DNA from: Lachnospiraceae bacterium
Lineage (GTDB): Bacteria; Bacillota; Clostridia; Lachnospirales; Lachnospiraceae
Assembly (NCBI GenBank): GCA_029068555.1
Contig: JAIECJ010000147.1
Coordinates: forward strand, 9,410-24,943
Direction of reading: 5' to 3'
Length of the DNA stretch: 15,534 nucleotides
Shown here: positions 13,979 to 15,534 of the stretch, piece by piece
How positions within the stretch are numbered: the stretch's first letter is position 1
How the letters are laid out: each line of letters begins with the position of its first letter
The notes under the pieces: model-generated
Told to the model about the DNA's origin: nothing
What the model saw: only the letters and a program-made list of their open reading frames with translations
The model's database searches: none
Made by a program: the position numbers and the translations under genes

Positions 13979-15534
13979 ATGATAAAAAAAGTAGCGGCAG
14001 GAATGCTTGTGACTGCCCTTTTGACGGGAATGCTCGGCGGCTGTGAAAACGGCAGGACAGATTCTGCAGGCAGTGAGGCGCCTGTGCAGGAAAGCACTGT
14101 GTCAGAAGTGCATACAGATGAAAGTAATGCAACGGGCGAGAATCATACACAAAATATGCAGCCAGACAAAACGGCGCAGGAAGAGGAGGAAACAGAAATG
14201 ACAGAAGTGTCATTTAATCGTGTGAGTGTGCATGACCCTTCAGTCCGATATGATAACGGAACCTACTACATTTTTGGTTCTCATATGGCTTGGGCGAAAA
14301 GCACAGATTTGAGAAACTGGGAAACCTTTCAGACGAACATCAATGCAGACTATGCAAGTCTGTTTGGAAAGGAGTGGGAGGCGTACTGCAGGACGGCAAC
14401 AAATCCAGACCTGAACGGAAACCTGTGGGCGCCGGATGTCATTTATAATCCGAACATGGATAAGTATTGTTTTTATATGAGCGTAAATGGCAATGACTGG
14501 AATTCGGTGATTGTTCTGCTCACTGCGGACAGCATAGAGGGACCATATGAGTACGCGGGACCAGTGGTGTACTCGGGTTTTAATACGGACTCGCATGATG
14601 TCAGGCTCACGGATGTATATCAGGTGCTCGGGGAAGATGCAGACCTTGCCAGATATCAGAATATCAAAAACACCAAGCTCAATGCAATCGATCCATGCGT
14701 CCTTTTCGACAGGGATGGATCGCTCTGGATGGTATTTGGCTCCTGGTTTGGCGGCTTGTACATGCTCAGGCTCGACGAGAACACAGGGCTTCGCGACTAT
14801 ACGACAACATATGAAACGATACCGAACGCGCAGGATGCGTATTATGGCTATAAGGTGCATGGCGGGTTTGGTGTGTCTGGGGAGGGACCTTATATTATAG
14901 AAAAAGACGGATACTATTATCTGTTTGTCTCTTACGGCGGACTTGTGGCGGACGGCGGCTATCAGATTCGCATATTCCGTTCGAAAAATATTATGGGACC
15001 TTACGTGGACGAGGCGGGAAACAGCGCAGTCTACACAAAGGAGTGCAATGATCTATTTGAAAAGGTAGGCGTCCGCATCATGGGTTCCTATGACTGGACA
15101 GGAAATCGTGAAATCCGTGTGGCGCAGGGACACAATTCTGCGTGTGTGACAGAGGACGGTGAAATTTTCATGATATACCACTCACGGTTTGCCGGCGGCA
15201 AAAATGGTGTTTCGGAGGCACATGAGGTACGCGTGCAGCAGCTCTTTGTCAATGAAGACGGCTGGCTTGTCGCAGCGCCTTACGAATACGCAGGTGAGAA
15301 AATCAGCAGGACAGGATATGCTGTCGAGGAGATGTGTGGTGATTACGAATGGATAGTGCATATGCCGACAACATATTATCAAAAAGCTGGAAGCAAGACG
15401 TTGGGAGTCATGCAGCCGTCAAAAATAACATTGAATGCGGATGGAACGGTTTCAGGCGAACTTACAGGAAAGTGGACGTATGAAGACGGAACGCCCAATA
15501 TGACAATCACAGTTGACGGTGTGACATATAAAGG
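13979..15534 (+). CDS. Glycoside hydrolase family 43 lipoprotein (arabinanase/arabinofuranosidase/xylosidase-type five-bladed propeller plus start of a C-terminal beta-sandwich); 3' end runs off the window
   Basis: Not in the ORF track because it is open at the window edge. The ATG at 13979 is preceded by AGGAGGA (13966-13972). The frame stays open to 15534. Signal and lipobox: MIKKVAAGMLVTALLTGMLGG/C. An acidic low-complexity tether follows. GH43 hallmark motifs are 'VHDPSVRYDNGTYYIFGSH' (catalytic base Asp), 'LWAPDVIYN', 'NAIDPCVLFDRDGSLWMVFGSW' (pKa-modulating Asp), 'GEGPYIIEKDGYYYLFVSYG' (catalytic acid Glu) and 'AQGHNS'. Confidence 0.85.
   Translation, partial: MIKKVAAGMLVTALLTGMLGGCENGRTDSAGSEAPVQESTVSEVHTDESNATGENHTQNMQPDKTAQEEEETEMTEVSFNRVSVHDPSVRYDNGTYYIFGSHMAWAKSTDLRNWETFQTNINADYASLFGKEWEAYCRTATNPDLNGNLWAPDVIYNPNMDKYCFYMSVNGNDWNSVIVLLTADSIEGPYEYAGPVVYSGFNTDSHDVRLTDVYQVLGEDADLARYQNIKNTKLNAIDPCVLFDRDGSLWMVFGSWFGGLYMLRLDENTGLRDYTTTYETIPNAQDAYYGYKVHGGFGVSGEGPYIIEKDGYYYLFVSYGGLVADGGYQIRIFRSKNIMGPYVDEAGNSAVYTKECNDLFEKVGVRIMGSYDWTGNREIRVAQGHNSACVTEDGEIFMIYHSRFAGGKNGVSEAHEVRVQQLFVNEDGWLVAAPYEYAGEKISRTGYAVEEMCGDYEWIVHMPTTYYQKAGSKTLGVMQPSKITLNADGTVSGELTGKWTYEDGTPNMTITVDGVTYK

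Noticed and set aside
14240-14860. 206 aa minus-strand ORF (also the plus-strand 14547-14900 ORF)
   Set aside because: Both overlap the GH43 reading frame, which carries all family catalytic motifs. These are alternative-frame artefacts.
1-15534. Mobile elements, CRISPR arrays, tRNA or rRNA genes, and long DNA repeats between the two transporter halves
   Set aside because: I could see no terminal inverted repeats, transposase- or integrase-like ORFs, or regularly spaced repeats. The two importer halves are similar only at the protein-family level, not as DNA duplicates.

Overview
The window is a single-strand carbohydrate-utilisation locus. It looks like a low-GC Gram-positive, probably Clostridia or Lachnospiraceae-like; that is inferred from GGAGG-type RBSs, lipoboxes and gene content. 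A divergent ArsR-like regulator sits at 1-437 on the minus strand, cut by the window edge and absent from the ORF track. It is separated by a ~600 bp very AT-rich intergenic region from an eight-gene plus-strand operon (1047-13869). Gene order is mirror-symmetric: giant CBM-bearing solute-binding protein, two permeases, an NHL-propeller/TPR/Yip1 membrane fusion protein, a membrane-anchored ~770 aa DUF5696-like (glycosidase-like) protein, two permeases, and a lipoprotein SBP. Junctions are tight or overlapping (0, 12, 17 and 7 nt gaps; 4 nt and 65 nt overlaps). The only convincing intrinsic terminator is at 13917-13952. After it comes a GH43 lipoprotein gene (13979 to window end, also absent from the ORF track). 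I saw no ABC ATPase, rRNA, tRNA, CRISPR array or mobile element. The candidate novel system is the central accessory pair, with the giant SBP, embedded between two ATPase-less ABC importers. I read it as a possible Gram-positive surface glycan capture, processing and import machine. All family assignments come from reading motifs by eye and need HMM or structure confirmation.
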